A stretch of 64,000 nucleotides of DNA. It comes from Fistulifera solaris (lineage: Eukaryota). The DNA is taken from NCBI GenBank assembly GCA_030295235.1, contig AP026136.1, positions 310,001 through 374,000 on the forward strand, read 5' to 3'. The position numbers were made by a program, and so were the translations under genes. Below are positions 37,626 through 50,543 of this stretch, one piece after another (the stretch's first letter is position 1; each line of letters begins with the position of its first letter). Below the pieces are notes generated by a model, which worked only from the letters and a program-made list of their open reading frames with translations, did not search any database and was not told where the DNA came from.

Positions 37626-38429
37626 GGTACAGGCTCATGCTCTGAAGAAGAGTCCCAAAGAATGAATCCATCGCATGTTTTCGATGAAAACAGGGGCAAA
37701 AATTTGGAGAAACTTCCGCCATGCCGCAAGGGGGGCGGGCTTGTACTATTGCTTACGAAGTTAGTGACATGACATTCGTTATCCGGTCCAACCTACAACA
37801 GACAAGAAACAGCATCATGTAGTCTAGAGTGAAGAGTGGAAAGAATTCTCCTGACGTCTGAAAGGTCATTTTCGTCAAGAAGTCTAAGTTCTAAGTCCCT
37901 TTTACAACCATTTACGATAAGCCAGAGAGTCCAGGCAAGTCCCGGGTCGATGTTGATTACCGCTACGATTTTAAAGAATTCGAGGGAGCTATGTGCCAAT
38001 CCGCCATCCGCCCCGTCCCAATAGCTAACAGCTCGCTTTAGGTTCCGTGATCTTATCTTGATGGCGACTATCTTTTCTTTAAACATTGGCAGAAAGTACT
38101 GGTAATAATTGATATTAGGCGAAGCTGTAGTAGCTAAAGAGGGCTTATCCTTCAAATAAGTAACTTCTATACTATTGAAAGCCTTCATTGCATTAGCAAA
38201 TTGAATTGCGGCAGCTACTCAAAACATTTAAAACGACTTAAATGAGTTCGGGACTATCAGCGTTTCACGGAAGACCTTGTACTGATACTGAGAGTCTTAC
38301 TTGAGTGAGTCTCATCGACTAGTCGTAACCTCACAAGGTAATTATATTGGCTATCAAAAAGAGCGGGAGGCTAATTTCAGAGATAAAATGACCAAACCAC
38401 CGTTAATTTCAACTTTTTCAATTTTACAA

Positions 38430-39079
38430 TTAAGGAGATTTTTCATCTGCGGCCAACTTAATTGCCCGAGCAAGCTTGTTGCCAGGAGCCTTGATAACGC
38501 GAGCCACTTTGGTGGGCACGGCCTTAATGGATCCAGCAATTTTGGCGTAAAGTTCTTGTTTGCTGGGTAGTTTTCCAATGGCTTCAACTCCCTTAGTATC
38601 ATATGAAATACCTTCGGTGACTCCGCCAAGAATAGGGTGAGTGTCTTTTTTACCGCAGTCTTTCAAGAAGCCGTTGTAAGCTTTGATTGTAGCACTGATG
38701 TCATCCTCAATAAAGAACCACAAATTAGCGCCAGTCAAAAGACTGGTGGCTACTTCATAATCAGTTCCCTCTACAGCGCGTTCCATGAGGGTGTTCTTGA
38801 CAACCTTAACAGTCGTTCCTTCAGGCATAGATCGTCGAAGCTTTTGCATCTCGGCAACGGTAATAGAGCTTGCAGGGATAGTAAAGACCATCTCCGAATC
38901 TTGAAGAAGACCTTTTACAGTTTGAACGGTGGATTTCTTTCCCTCTAGAGATGTGGCAATACCACTACCACCTCCAAACAAGGGTTGCAGTGTACTCGAT
39001 CGAATGCTGGAGCCCCATGGTTGGGTGCTGAAAGCAGCGGCTGAGCCAACGAAGAGGATAAAAGACTTCTATTGATCAT
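38430..39079 (-). CDS. rpl10: Nucleus-encoded plastid 50S ribosomal protein L10
   Basis: ITVAEMQKLRR, VKVVKNTLMERA, KLPSKQELYAKIAGSIKAVPTKVARVI. Leader MINRSL(F)ILFVGSAAA-F needs a 1-nt correction at ~39062. Confidence 0.9.
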
Positions 39080-39607
39080 GGTGCGTTTTCACGAAGCACA
39101 ATGAATATCAATACTTTAAACGATGAATTCACGCAGCTCCTTTGCTGTCTTCTTGCTTCTTGGCGTTTGCTGATGTGTTGAAGAATTATTTGATGGGCAC
39201 TTCACAGCCACTCCTCCTTGTCGCTGCTGTTTTGAGGCTGTGGATGCCTGACGTACGCTGGATTACCGTTGCAATTTGAGTAGAAGAACGCAGCCTGGAG
39301 AAAAAAGTAAGAATGAAACCGCGACCGAATACCCGATTCATTCACTAGTCACTACGACACTGATATATTATGTACAAAACTCAAAATTTTTGTACTATAA
39401 ATTGTTTTGTGGCAGGCAGTACCTGGTACCGGTACCGGTGCAAAGATACGCGAGATGCAACGCGCTCCATAAACATTTCGCGGCAACAAAACCGAGGACA
39501 ACAATAAGCAGAAGTTCTCGACAACTACCACTATACTTTGTATCCATTTACTCCTACGAAATCTAAAACGAAACACTGTACCTTATCTCCAGACTTGAAC
39601 CTTTGAA

Positions 39608-41416
39608 ATGAATTTGGAGCTGCTTGACCCGTTCGCTCGTCAAGTGCCGGATCGAGTTCATGCCACTTTGGATCTTCCCGGACCGATGCATTTCCGAAAT
39701 CATCACGAGGCTAAAGAAGAGAAAAATGCAAAAATCTTTGTAGAGAACACAGAGTGGAAGTCCGTGTATCATCTGGCTTTCAATCGTAGAGGCACCTATA
39801 TAGCAGCTGGTTACGGCAGTGGAGCTGTTGCCGTATTCAATGTTTTGAATAGGACAATAAGCGCATTATATCCGAATCAAAGTCTCGACGCCTCTCCTGA
39901 AAGCCACGGATTGGGCATATCTAGCGTCTCGTGGAGCAAACGCTCTCGGACACTGTTGACAGGCTCGCTAGGAGATTTTGTTATTCGAATGTTCGACACA
40001 ACACACCCTCTTGGACCAGAGGAAGGCTGCACCGTCCTTCAGTCCGAGGATACGAAGGAATCTGACGAAGAAGCTCACCAGCACCTATTAAAAGAGGGAA
40101 ATACGAAAGATGAACGCGTATGTACACACTCCTTTGACCAAACAAAGAGTACGGGCTTCAGAGATATCGATCGTCGGTTTGATTTCGTCAAAGAAGACCG
40201 ACAAATGGCTTTGCGAGTGTTTAATCCAGGAGACGAAATACAGCCGAAGTGTTTACCCCCAGAATTTTTCCCTTCTGATGCAGTATCTATGAAAAGGTTT
40301 CCATCTATTTCTTTTTCTCTTCCTCACAAAGTGGGAGGGTCGTTACAAGTCCATCCCAGAGTAACAACAGCAGGACTCGTCGTTTTAGAAAATGGTTCAT
40401 TGTGCATCTTCTATATTCATCCCTCTACGTGGCTCCAGTGGGGCGATCCTTATAAAGTTCAGGAACCTGTTCTTATTTCCATTGCCAATGGCGACAAGCA
40501 TCACATCACATGTGCTGCATTCGGGCCTCACGGAGATCGCATCTACGCCGCGACCAAAAACGGTCGTGTGCTTGGCTTTGACGTGTCCAAGCTTTTGGAT
40601 CGTTTTACATCAAAGAACACCGACGCAAAGGTAATACCCATGATCAGTGCTCATTTCGATATTGCAATTTCTGGCGCACAGACTTCGTGGCATCTAATAG
40701 CAAGTCGCAACGGAAAGTTCTTCGTAATAAATTCAGCTGATGGAGTGCTTCGACTGTTTTCGACTGATGAGTGTTGGGATCGCCCCGAAGCCGTCATTAA
40801 ACCAATGCGAACTTTTCAGGATGTTGTGTCGAAAGTAAAATTTGCGTCTTTCGATTTGTCGGGGGATGGAGAATTTATTGTTGGTGGCGCAAATGGGGCA
40901 GATCATAAGTATCAGGTAAGATTGCTTGCTTGATGAATTGCTGCATTAATGGACATTGACATTTGCGTGTAGCTCTACGTGTGGAATTCTTCCACCGGCG
41001 TTTTGATGGACAAACTGATTGGACCCTCGGTGCAACTTTACAGCGTCGCTTGGCATCCCGCAAGGTCTTTCATCGCAGCCGCGACGTCTGATGGTCTCAT
41101 TGATATTTGGGGGCAACGGTTTGACTTTACCAACTTTGCACCGGACTTTCAGTCACTACCAAGGAATGTAGAATACATAGAAGAAGAAGGTGAACTAGAT
41201 AAAGATGAGAAGGATAAGTACATCGTGATGCAGGGAGACCAATTGTACGTATCAGAAAATGCAAAAGACAAATGCATCGATATCATATCTATCGAAGCCG
41301 TGCCTGTTTTTGCATCCGATTCTGAGAATGAGGAGGAAGTCTTCGCGTTTGAAACCAAGATTAAGAACTCAATGGTAGGGCGGAAATCGGTAAAGCCGAT
41401 ACAACTAGAAGATTGA
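39608..41416 (+). CDS. RBBP5: RBBP5/Swd1-like WD40 subunit of the COMPASS H3K4 methyltransferase complex
   Basis: N-terminal MNLELLDPF, WD40 motifs (FNRRGTYIAAG, VSWSKRSRTLL, VAWHP), and FAPDFQSLPRNVEYIEEEGELD. Intron 40916-40972. Confidence 0.88.
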
Positions 41417-41828
41417 TTTTTAAACATTATTTTTGTTTTACATTTCTTTTAAGTCTCCTTATTTAGCAAATAGCAATCGGAGTGATGCAATTGAGGTCTA
41501 TATTCTGCGCCTTAGGTCGATGGCCGATAGAGTTTTATGGGGCAAATGAAAATTTCATTCGTGAATGAAGTTTAGCGGGGCCTAATCCGTGTCGCTGTAC
41601 AAAGTACCCGGTAACTGTAGTCCGTAAAAATACTGTTAGGGATACCGGTAAGATTTTGGTGCATGTTCCATGTTCCAGTTCTCCTGTTCTCCTTTTCGAC
41701 GGATTGCACTTTGCAACCTTGCAATAACACCAAGGCTTTTGCAACTTTGCAAAACAACAAACAAAGAAACAGGATGACGTTTAAAAAAGAATAAGAACGA
41801 AAATTCTTTAAGTTCCTTAAAACCTATC

Positions 41829-43857
41829 ATGCAAATGAAAACTATTGAAAAACTGATGAAGAACTATTCCAAGGAGGAAATCGGTCTTCTAGTTCGAGCA
41901 TTCGTTGAGGACCTGTCGTTCTGGGAAGCTAGCGCTTCCAAGTCGCCGGAACAAATAAAACTTATCGATCGACTCGCCAGTGATGATTCCAATCCAAAAA
42001 CAGACACTCGTCGGGGAAAGAAGAACTCACGGAGAAGTAAAAGAACGAGATGGATGCTCCTGAATCACCCCTGTCCGAGAATAATATTGAGCAGTGCAAC
42101 TGGAAAAGTGCTGTCGACCCCGTGACTAAAAAGGTTTATTACTATGACACAATACAAAGAAAACCACAATGGCATAAGGTAGGTAGTTTTCGAAAGGTTT
42201 GTGCTGGATTTCATTGGTCGGGTCCTCATCCGTATCTTGTGTTCTTAGCCGGAAGAATTGACAATATTCGAAAAGAAGAAAAAACGTGAATTCCGACGAC
42301 AGCAAAGGGCATTTTTCAAGCAAATGGAAGCTAAACTCTTAGAGAGTCTGGCTCGAGGTGAGGTAATGCCGGGTATTGCTCGTGAAAATGTTGCGAAGGC
42401 GGGCCCTCCTAAAGAACCGATCGTTATCACAGCTCGTAGCTCCAAAGTACGTACGATTTCATGCATGAACGAAGAGTTACTCGCGGAGCTTCAAAGAAGC
42501 GACGGCGACGATAGCAATATACCTTTTCCAGCTGCGAATATAAGCAGCGGTAACATGGTAATAGGAGACGGAAGGAGCCACGGGCGTCTGGCTTCATCAG
42601 GTCCACCGCCTTCTTGGCTGGAGGGCCGACCGCCGCTACCACATCGTCGACTCGCTTCAGCAGCGTCACCACCACGCGAGCCGAAAGATTTATCTTCTGT
42701 CAGTAAAGAACTCGATTGCTGTAAACATGATTCGATGGATCTTTCACCGGAGCAAAGTGATTTGAAAACGGATGTCAAGGTCGCTTCTCATTCAATTGAC
42801 AATGATCTCCTTGAAGGCGAACATCTTCTTGACGAACCACCCCTCGATGATAGCAACAACAAAAATATTGATATTCATACGGGGACTGCACAGCAAATAG
42901 ATTCAAAGAGCAGCACCGAAATTGCGCGACCTAACGCAGTAAAGGCTCACAATCGACGCAATACCGGAGGAACCATTTTTGTCAAATCGACCATGCAAAA
43001 TCCAGATATTGATGCGACCATTAGGTGCATTTGTGGCATCTATAGAGTCCATATCGTAGAATCATCGTCGCGACAAAAGCAGACCGAACCGCACGACGTT
43101 CCTCCGTACCAACAACGTGTTGACGTGGATATTTTTCGGCACGATTACACAGGGAACCACTACGGCGACCGTTCAAAATCATATGTTTCAAATCGCCACT
43201 TACCATCTTTGGCAGCTATTGAGTCCTTCTTCAAACGGTTTTACGAAAAGAGCTTGGTAAGTAAAACCAGGTGCAGATGAGGTATGATGTTTACACAGTG
43301 TCGCCTTACCAATCTACCTATTCTTTTCGATTAAATCTTAGATGGAACACGATACTTTAATCATGAGCTTAATTTACGTTGAGAGGCTCATCAGAGAGAC
43401 GAATGGACGAGTTTCGCCAACGCCAGAGACGTGGGAGTCTATTCTCTTTTCTTGCATGGTTCTCGCTTCCAAGGTGTGGGACGATTATTCGATGTGGAAC
43501 GTTGATTTTTCGACTGTTTCGATGACCAACCACAACAGATCACAATTCAACTTGAAAAGGATCAATGAGCTTGAATTTTCTGTTCTCTCTTGCTTGAATT
43601 TCAATGTCAAGGTAACTGCGTCAGAGTATGCAAAATACTATTACTATATACGGGATATGCTCGCAAAGAGTGGACTGACGGAACATGCTGTCTTTCCATT
43701 GAAGAAGCAACAATCGAAGCTCAAAGACAATCCCAGTGACCGATCCTCTCAGATAGCGCGACCCGACCGAAATCGCGCTCAGAGTTTTGATTTGCATTCC
43801 TTGAGACCACAAAAGAACATATTGGACCGGATTCGGTCTGCTTGGAGCAGCTGCTGA
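41829..43857 (+). CDS. Cyclin Y-like protein with an N-terminal WW domain
   Basis: WW domain WKSAVDPVTKKVYYYDTIQRKPQWHKP; cyclin box IMSLIYVERL...LASKVWDDYSMWNVDF...INELEFSVLSCLNFNVKVTASEYAKYYY. Introns 42179-42248 and 43257-43341. Start at 41829 (needs a frameshift at ~42040) or 42050. Confidence 0.82.
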
Positions 43858-43989
43858 TCTCGATGAAGCGATGATGAAACGCATTTACAGAGACAGATAC
43901 GGTCAAGTTGTACTCAATCAAAGAAAAGCTTCTTATGAGAATAAACACGGATTACGAAAATCCACTACAATGCCACAGTTGAGGTTACA

Positions 43990-45592
43990 CTATGATCGGA
44001 CCGGATCGTGAATCCATAGAACAGCAACGTATTTTTTGCCCGCGATAACCGGAAGAGCAGCATGCTGCGTCAGATCATCAAGATTACCGTCTGGGTTTAC
44101 CATGTAAAATATCATAGCTTTCCCTTTCTCTGGTTTTACTTTCAGGCTCTCGCCAGTTTCAGCATTTCTCCACCTAGGAAAAGAAGTTTCTGCTCCTTCA
44201 ATAACATCATTTAAGTACAGGCACAAGTTGATAGATCGACCAGGGACATCAAGCGTCTCTTTCGGCATAGAAAAGTCATGATGGGCTTGGTATTCTTGGC
44301 CAACATCATAATGCACAACTTGCAAATCCTCGTTGATACGATTGCGAGTAGGGAAGTCTTCGAGCTCATCAGCATCTCTATCACAAAATAGCGCTTCATT
44401 GATACGTAACACGTCTGCTACACGTCGAAATACGGCATCCACGATGAGGTCACTGTTGCGAGAGAGCCAAGTTGTTGTGCTAGTCCGCGTAGATGAGAGA
44501 TGCCCGTTTGTTGTGGATCGTTCTAAATGTTTTTGTTGAACAATATCCAGAATGTGGTCCACCTCGATATCAGAGAGGAAATTCTTAATCTCGAATGCTC
44601 TAGGTGCGCAAGAGAGCGCCTTGATGGTGATATTCATCAGCCCTGGTGATCTGTACTCCGACAGAGCGATCGATTCATCTTCTCCGCGTCTCATGTCAGA
44701 TCGAGAAAGTTCGTAGATCTCCTCCGCGGGTGGAAGTTCAATGAACTGCGTCTCTGATGTTTGGACATAGTGCTCTTGTCCAAAATGATCGGCTCTCCAA
44801 ATCTTGTGTCGCGTGGGATTTTTTTGGATACATGGTCAACCATTCGGAACCGCCAGTAAACTTTTTGTAAACTTCTCCAAATTCAAGATTAAAAACGTGT
44901 GCATCATAGTGAGCTCGATCCTCCGCAGATAGCGAGTCTAGTAAGCGTCCTCCGCCCAAAAGCTGCTTCCCTCGTGCGCGAGCATCCGTGTGGAACTCGT
45001 GGGGTGGTAGGAATGGATCACAATAGTAGACAGCCATATCAGGAACGATAGTCATCCTGCAAAGTACCTCGTCTGGTTTTCCGGGCTTTGTGAAAATGAA
45101 CTTGTGATTCGGATAGCAGGATGTGCCCCCGATGTCCACGGTCGGAGTGAATCGTTCAAAACCGGCCCAGAGGGTCCATCCCACCAAAGGTCAACACGCT
45201 CTGGACTCAAATTAACGAACTTTCCAGCTTGTCCTCTAAAATCAGGTTTCTTCTCTTGACGACTGCCAGGCTCCTCACCGTAAAAGGAAGAAATATCAGC
45301 TCTCACGTACGCTTTGAAATTGGTTCCAGGGATGATTTTCAAATTAGGGTCAAAATCGTTATCCTTCTCGGTCTCAGCGAACACTTTCTCGTGGTCATCT
45401 TCAATGTGAATCAAGAAAGTTTTCCAAATCAAAGACACACGTTTCCGCGTCATCATTGGTACAGCGACCTGCAAGTGCATCTGTCAAGACGGGCTGAGCG
45501 GCGGCCTTGCGCGTGCCACAGAAGAGCAACGCCAGAGGAACGTTGACAAGAGTTGCGAGCACTGGAAGCGCCAAATAAGCGTTCGTTTTCAT
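43990..45592 (-). CDS. Prolyl 4-hydroxylase alpha-like 2OG-Fe(II) dioxygenase with a signal peptide
   Basis: APRAFEIKNFLS, RTSTTTWL, LQVVHYDVGQEYQAHHD, YLNDV, QHAALPVIAGKKY. Hydrophobic N-terminus. Three frameshifts (~45415, ~45128, ~44822). Confidence 0.85.
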
Positions 45593-46251
45593 GATGCGAT
45601 TGGGGTTTCGCTGTAGGCTTTAATCGCAAAAACAAAACGGGATGAAAGAATAATGTCTGCTTTTGCATTGTTGCGGGTTCTAATATTGTTTCTTTGCTGG
45701 TTATACAGTTCGGATTGGTTAGACTGAAATTGTGGAGGGATTCGCTTTCGTGATCGTTGAAAACCTTGTTTTGGCTTGTTTTCGTCCTTGTTGGGCCTTT
45801 TGAGCAAGCTAACGTCTCTAACGATACATAGGCAATTCGACCATAGTTCAATGTATAATGAGCCGACTATTTCACGTCCATTATGCACCACACACCACAG
45901 CAATAAACGATGTTAATGGTACTCCGTAGTAGTTAACGTTAGTACGGAGTAGTAATTTTTTGACTACGGAGTACCGTAGGTGATGATGATGATGATTCTT
46001 CTTCGGATAGTAGTAGGTAGTAGTAGTGCTCTGATGGGAAGCAGACGGAATGAAAAATGAACCGTGCATTTTTGGTTTCCACCTTTTCTGGTACCGGTAC
46101 CGTACCTGGTAGGGCCGAAATGGAAGCATACACCCCCCCCCCCCCCCCCGTCAACCGGTACTACCAGTATCGTCGCAATGCGCCACATCGTGAGAAACAT
46201 TGAAGAAGTAAGTTGAATAAGAATCAGGACTGTAATAGGATAGAAGATAGA

Positions 46252-47142
46252 ATGCAAGACGGTGCGGTTGATTGTATCAGTTCTTTCTCCAACGACGTTC
46301 AAGAAGAATGTTTGGACACGGAACAGCAAAGGAAGGGAAAATACAAGCACCGAAAACCAATATGGTGGACTCAAATTTCGCGAAAGGGTTCTAAAGCGCA
46401 GCGTCGTGCTATCAAAGATATGGCAGATTATTTGCTAACGAGACCTGCCTATGGAACATTCATAAACTGGAATACCTCCTTCGGTCGGGCTGAAACAGAG
46501 ACTATGAATATCTGGCTTGAAATAGGATTTGGAGCTGGCGACAATTTACTTCAACTCGCCAAGCAGTATCCTCAAAAATATTTTGTGGGAGCTGAAATCC
46601 ACCAGCCTGGGGTCGGTAAGATTATGCAAAAGATAAAGTACGGTACGGAAAACAAATGCTATTGGACGGGTTCCCGTCTATATTCTTCCGAATACGATTC
46701 GAGTCGTGCTGATGCGGGCAGCGTACGCGGAGAGAATGTGAAAACGGAGAATCCTTATGGAAATGTACGGATTTATCAAGGCGATGGGGTGCAGCTTTTG
46801 TCCAGAATACCGTGTAGGACGTTGGAGTCTGTTCTCGTTACAAATCCGGATCCATTTCCTGATAATGATCAAAAGGAATGGCGACTGTTTCAAGTTCAAA
46901 CGCTTCGCGAAATTAGAAGAGTTTTGGTTCCATCGGGTCGGTTGTATCTTGCTACGGACCACGAAGGATTCTTCTCGTGGAGTCACGACGTCATGAAGTC
47001 AACCAATACACAACAAGAAATTTTTCAAGCTATTGAACCTCTCCCCAGTAGAAGTCTTTGGCTACCTGTAGTGAGTGAGTATGAGCAAAGAGGATTAGAG
47101 TATGGGAGAAGTCCGCTTCTGTCATGTTGGGAAGCGCTCTAG
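46252..47142 (+). CDS. trmB: TrmB-like tRNA (guanine-N7)-methyltransferase
   Basis: WLEIGFGAGD, FVGAEIH, NPDPFP, LYLATD, SEYEQRG. 5' end uncertain. Confidence 0.82.
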   Translation: MQDGAVDCISSFSNDVQEECLDTEQQRKGKYKHRKPIWWTQISRKGSKAQRRAIKDMADYLLTRPAYGTFINWNTSFGRAETETMNIWLEIGFGAGDNLLQLAKQYPQKYFVGAEIHQPGVGKIMQKIKYGTENKCYWTGSRLYSSEYDSSRADAGSVRGENVKTENPYGNVRIYQGDGVQLLSRIPCRTLESVLVTNPDPFPDNDQKEWRLFQVQTLREIRRVLVPSGRLYLATDHEGFFSWSHDVMKSTNTQQEIFQAIEPLPSRSLWLPVVSEYEQRGLEYGRSPLLSCWEAL

Positions 47143-47404
47143 AGAGTCGGAAATGGGTACAGTAATTCAATTTATATTGTGATGCTGCTGATGATTCGTG
47201 ACGAGTGTTAGAGTTAAGGTTAAGGCCGCGATTCCATGATGTGTACAGTACCCGGTACCCGGTACCTGGTACGATGCAACTCAAAAATCCAACGGTCGGC
47301 AAGCTCACATTTTTGACTTGCAATTTGCAACAGCCGACGATATCCTGAGATAGATGAACAAGATGCGGAACCGTCATCATCTTTATGCCAGAAAAACCTC
47401 CACC

Positions 47405-48559
47405 ATGGCGTCCTCAATAAATCGGAAAGGAAAATATTTTGCCATTTTTGTCGTAGCCTTCTTGCTATCCACAGTCGACGCTGGAACTGGTGGAACTGTG
47501 AAGGGGGATAGCAAAAAAGAAAAAAAAAGAAAAGAATGGAAATTCCTCTTCTCAAAAAAAAGGAGCGCAGCAGGAAAAGAAAACGTAAACATTATATGCA
47601 CGCACCATCACCTGCTCCATCAGCAATCCACGGCGACTTTCAAGTCATTTCTTCGTTGGCCACAGAGACTGTAGCCCCTTCTGATTGGAGTCATAATTTT
47701 CCCTCACCACAGCCTTCGCAGACGCCTTTTCACGGTGGACTTGACGATGAGTTCCTGCAACCCCGGAAATCGGTCGCCATTCCCCTTCCGCGTATGGAGA
47801 TGGACGTATCGACAGCCAATAGCGTGCGCGAAATAAACGTTATGGAATATCACGAAATATTTCATACGTTTTTGACAGAACATTTCAGCTTGTCACTCTC
47901 TGGTGCCTTTGATTATCTTGAGCTTGATATGTGGTCCACGAACATAACACGGCATACATTTCTTGGAGATGTTTATTTGTTCACGAAAAACGAATCGACA
48001 ATGAAAGACAGTGTCAAAACCAACCTCGTCACCCTTTTTTTCCTTTTGGGGATACTATGAATTGAGAATCGCTCTACGAGAAGCCGGTATACCAGTATCT
48101 CAGATTGGCATGCATATAGATGGTATTCCCGTTGTCACAAATGATGGTCTCTTGGGAGTCACTGATGACAAAAGGGAAAAGCAGCATTCAACCAGACAAG
48201 CAGCCCTGATTTCCATTGTCGTATTTGCTACTGGGTTCTCGGCCATTGCTTTTGTCTTCTTCCGAACAAAAATTAACAGATCGAGAATTGACGAGGTTTC
48301 CTTCGAACGAAGCACAGCTGGAGCGACGGTCGTCGTTCGAATCGGCCATAATGCATCATCAATGTCGCTGGAAGATAACGGTTCGCTTGCAGCTAGTTAC
48401 GAGTCCGTTCCAGTTTATAGATTTGATGAAAGTGCTAATGAAACTGATTCGAGATTACTCGATGTCGTAATTCGGTCCCCGCTGTCTTGTCGGTACGACC
48501 CGAGACGACTTGACCGCGTAATTTCGAGGGCAAAATGGACAACCGATCAAGATTCATGA
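47405..48559 (+). CDS. Hypothetical type-I membrane protein
   Basis: Signal-like FAIFVVAFLLSTVDA, Lys-rich and P/S-rich (APSPAPS, PSPQPSQTP) segments, TM ISIVVFATGFSAIAFVFF followed by basic residues. Frameshifts at ~47525 and ~48040. Confidence 0.6.
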
Positions 48560-48916
48560 AAGATTTGAGAGCAATTTTGTCCTTTACATCAGCTGTGTTG
48601 TAGAATAGTAAATGAAGAGCAGACTTACATTGCAATGATTCATACTGGTAGCCTCCATTTGTCTAAGTTCGAGGTTTGCCTCAATTCAGTTGATAAAAAA
48701 ATAGTAAGGTTGGTGTTAGGCATCAGGAATTTGGAATGCAACAACTGATTAAAAACATCTTGGCTTCAACAAACCGCAAAATGGGGCGAACCTAATCGCC
48801 CTCGCGATTCGCGATTCGCGATCGCATCTCGTAACGTGTGACACAGCGCTGTTTATTCATTCGTTCCTATCTTTATCGCAGATTGCTTTGAATCAATTGT
48901 ATAAACGAAATAAATT

Positions 48917-49732
48917 ATGTCTAGATCGGTCTTTCTCGCCGGAAGTGCCTTATTCGTCGCCGGGCTGGGCTACAGCCTCCTTTCCTCCAGTAAAGATCGT
49001 AGTGCTGATCTTGCAGAAATCGATGAAGATGATTTTATTACAGAAGAAGATGTCGTCGAGATTTTTGACGCTTTGTTTTTGCAAACACAAGATATTCTTT
49101 CGAAAATAATGCAGCAAATCCAAGCCCTTCAAATGGCAGGTCAGAGTATCCCCGAAGCGCAGCTGAAGGGGCTGCTAAAGATGGAAATGGAACGTGCATT
49201 GATGGATCGACAGAAGAAGCTGCTTGACCAGTTCGGTTTCGATTATGATTGCTTAGAAGAGGCAACTTGGGAATTTCTCGAGGACGAAGAGAAGCATCCC
49301 AAAGTTAAGAAAGCTGTTGATCGTCTACAAAAACTATGGGAGAGTACAACGGGAGAACCAGTAGCGGGGTGGAGACCGGGGAAAACCATGCAAAGCGCCA
49401 TTGCCGCCGAGGACTTGTTGCCTCCCGATAGACTAATCGAAGTCGCAGAGAAATACTTTAGCGCCCTCACGCAATGTATGCGCGAAATAGTTGATCGCTA
49501 CAAGGCGGAAGGCAAAAGCTTGCAAGATCCGGTGGTCCAGCAGCTCCTCAACCGCGAATTTGCCGAGAAAGCGAATGATGCAGGTGAAGAAGCAATCGCA
49601 AATGAGGGAATTTCGATGAGCGTTTTTGAAGGATCTATCAAGGAGCACTCGAACAACCCGAATGTCGGACGTGCCTTGGGTATGCTTCAGATGCGACAGC
49701 AACAGGAGCTTATGTCTTTGGGACAAGGCTAG
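48917..49732 (+). CDS. Hypothetical helical protein with an N-terminal membrane anchor
   Basis: Intact 271-aa ORF; VFLAGSALFVAGLGYSLL followed by an acidic, helical body. Confidence 0.7.
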   Translation: MSRSVFLAGSALFVAGLGYSLLSSSKDRSADLAEIDEDDFITEEDVVEIFDALFLQTQDILSKIMQQIQALQMAGQSIPEAQLKGLLKMEMERALMDRQKKLLDQFGFDYDCLEEATWEFLEDEEKHPKVKKAVDRLQKLWESTTGEPVAGWRPGKTMQSAIAAEDLLPPDRLIEVAEKYFSALTQCMREIVDRYKAEGKSLQDPVVQQLLNREFAEKANDAGEEAIANEGISMSVFEGSIKEHSNNPNVGRALGMLQMRQQQELMSLGQG

Positions 49733-49841
49733 GTCAAAGGAGCTTGCCAACTATTCATCATCTATCAATTGACAAACGAACTTAAAATCTACTTGACCTT
49801 TTTATATTTTCCGAATATATTTTTATGAGTGCTGCCTGATG

Positions 49842-50543
49842 CTACGGCTTCACAGCTTCTGCATCGCGAGTGAGAATAAACAAAGTGCCTTTGTTCCCAC
49901 GTCCTATTCTCAAGGAATCATCGATGTACGTTGTTTCCAACCATCCATTATCCGAAGTTCCTTTCACAGCGGCCAGAATCGAAAAAAGAAAACCCAAGTT
50001 CAGAGTAATACTTCCACCTAGCAATGTGATTTCGACACAATCAAACCCAACGACGGCACGGATTGGCACCGTAGAAGACTTTCGAAATGTACCCTCCACT
50101 TTGATAGAATTTCCCTTATCGTCTAGTGAAATTAGATTACAAACGCGGGAATTCTTGATATCGAAGATTTGCCGAACGACACGCTTAGAAGTGTCTACTT
50201 TTATTCCAGCAGCATTTACAGCGCCTTCTGCTTTGAAAGACGGTGCCCTAAATTCAGGCTCGTTTGGGGAGCCTCGAGCTGGTTTCCAGCTGTCAGGAAA
50301 TTTATCGTCATCGCCAACTTGACTTGGACTTGTATACTGGAGGTACCAAACTCCATCGAGTTTTCGAGATTCCGTCGGATCGCTCAGAAGATTGATGCTA
50401 GCAGGTTTCTCTGTTTCAAGACTCCTGACGATCGCAAGCACCTTGCTCTGCTGCACTGGGGTTGCTGTCTTGCCATTGTTTGTGAAGGACGCGGCAGCTA
50501 ATAATTCCGCTTGCTTACACAGCATTAGGAGGAGGAGGAGCAT
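49842..50543 (-). CDS. PAP/fibrillin (plastoglobulin) family protein
   Basis: LDGVWYLQYTS...GWLETTYIDDSLRIGRGNKGTLFILTR. Signal peptide plus AAS-F plastid-targeting leader. Confidence 0.9.
   Translation of the reverse strand: MLLLLLMLCKQAELLAAASFTNNGKTATPVQQSKVLAIVRSLETEKPASINLLSDPTESRKLDGVWYLQYTSPSQVGDDDKFPDSWKPARGSPNEPEFRAPSFKAEGAVNAAGIKVDTSKRVVRQIFDIKNSRVCNLISLDDKGNSIKVEGTFRKSSTVPIRAVVGFDCVEITLLGGSITLNLGFLFSILAAVKGTSDNGWLETTYIDDSLRIGRGNKGTLFILTRDAEAVKP

Noticed and set aside
37793..38188. 131-aa minus-strand ORF between the ankyrin gene and rpl10
   Set aside because: No motif recognised; could be an orphan or decayed fragment but cannot be supported without homology or expression data.
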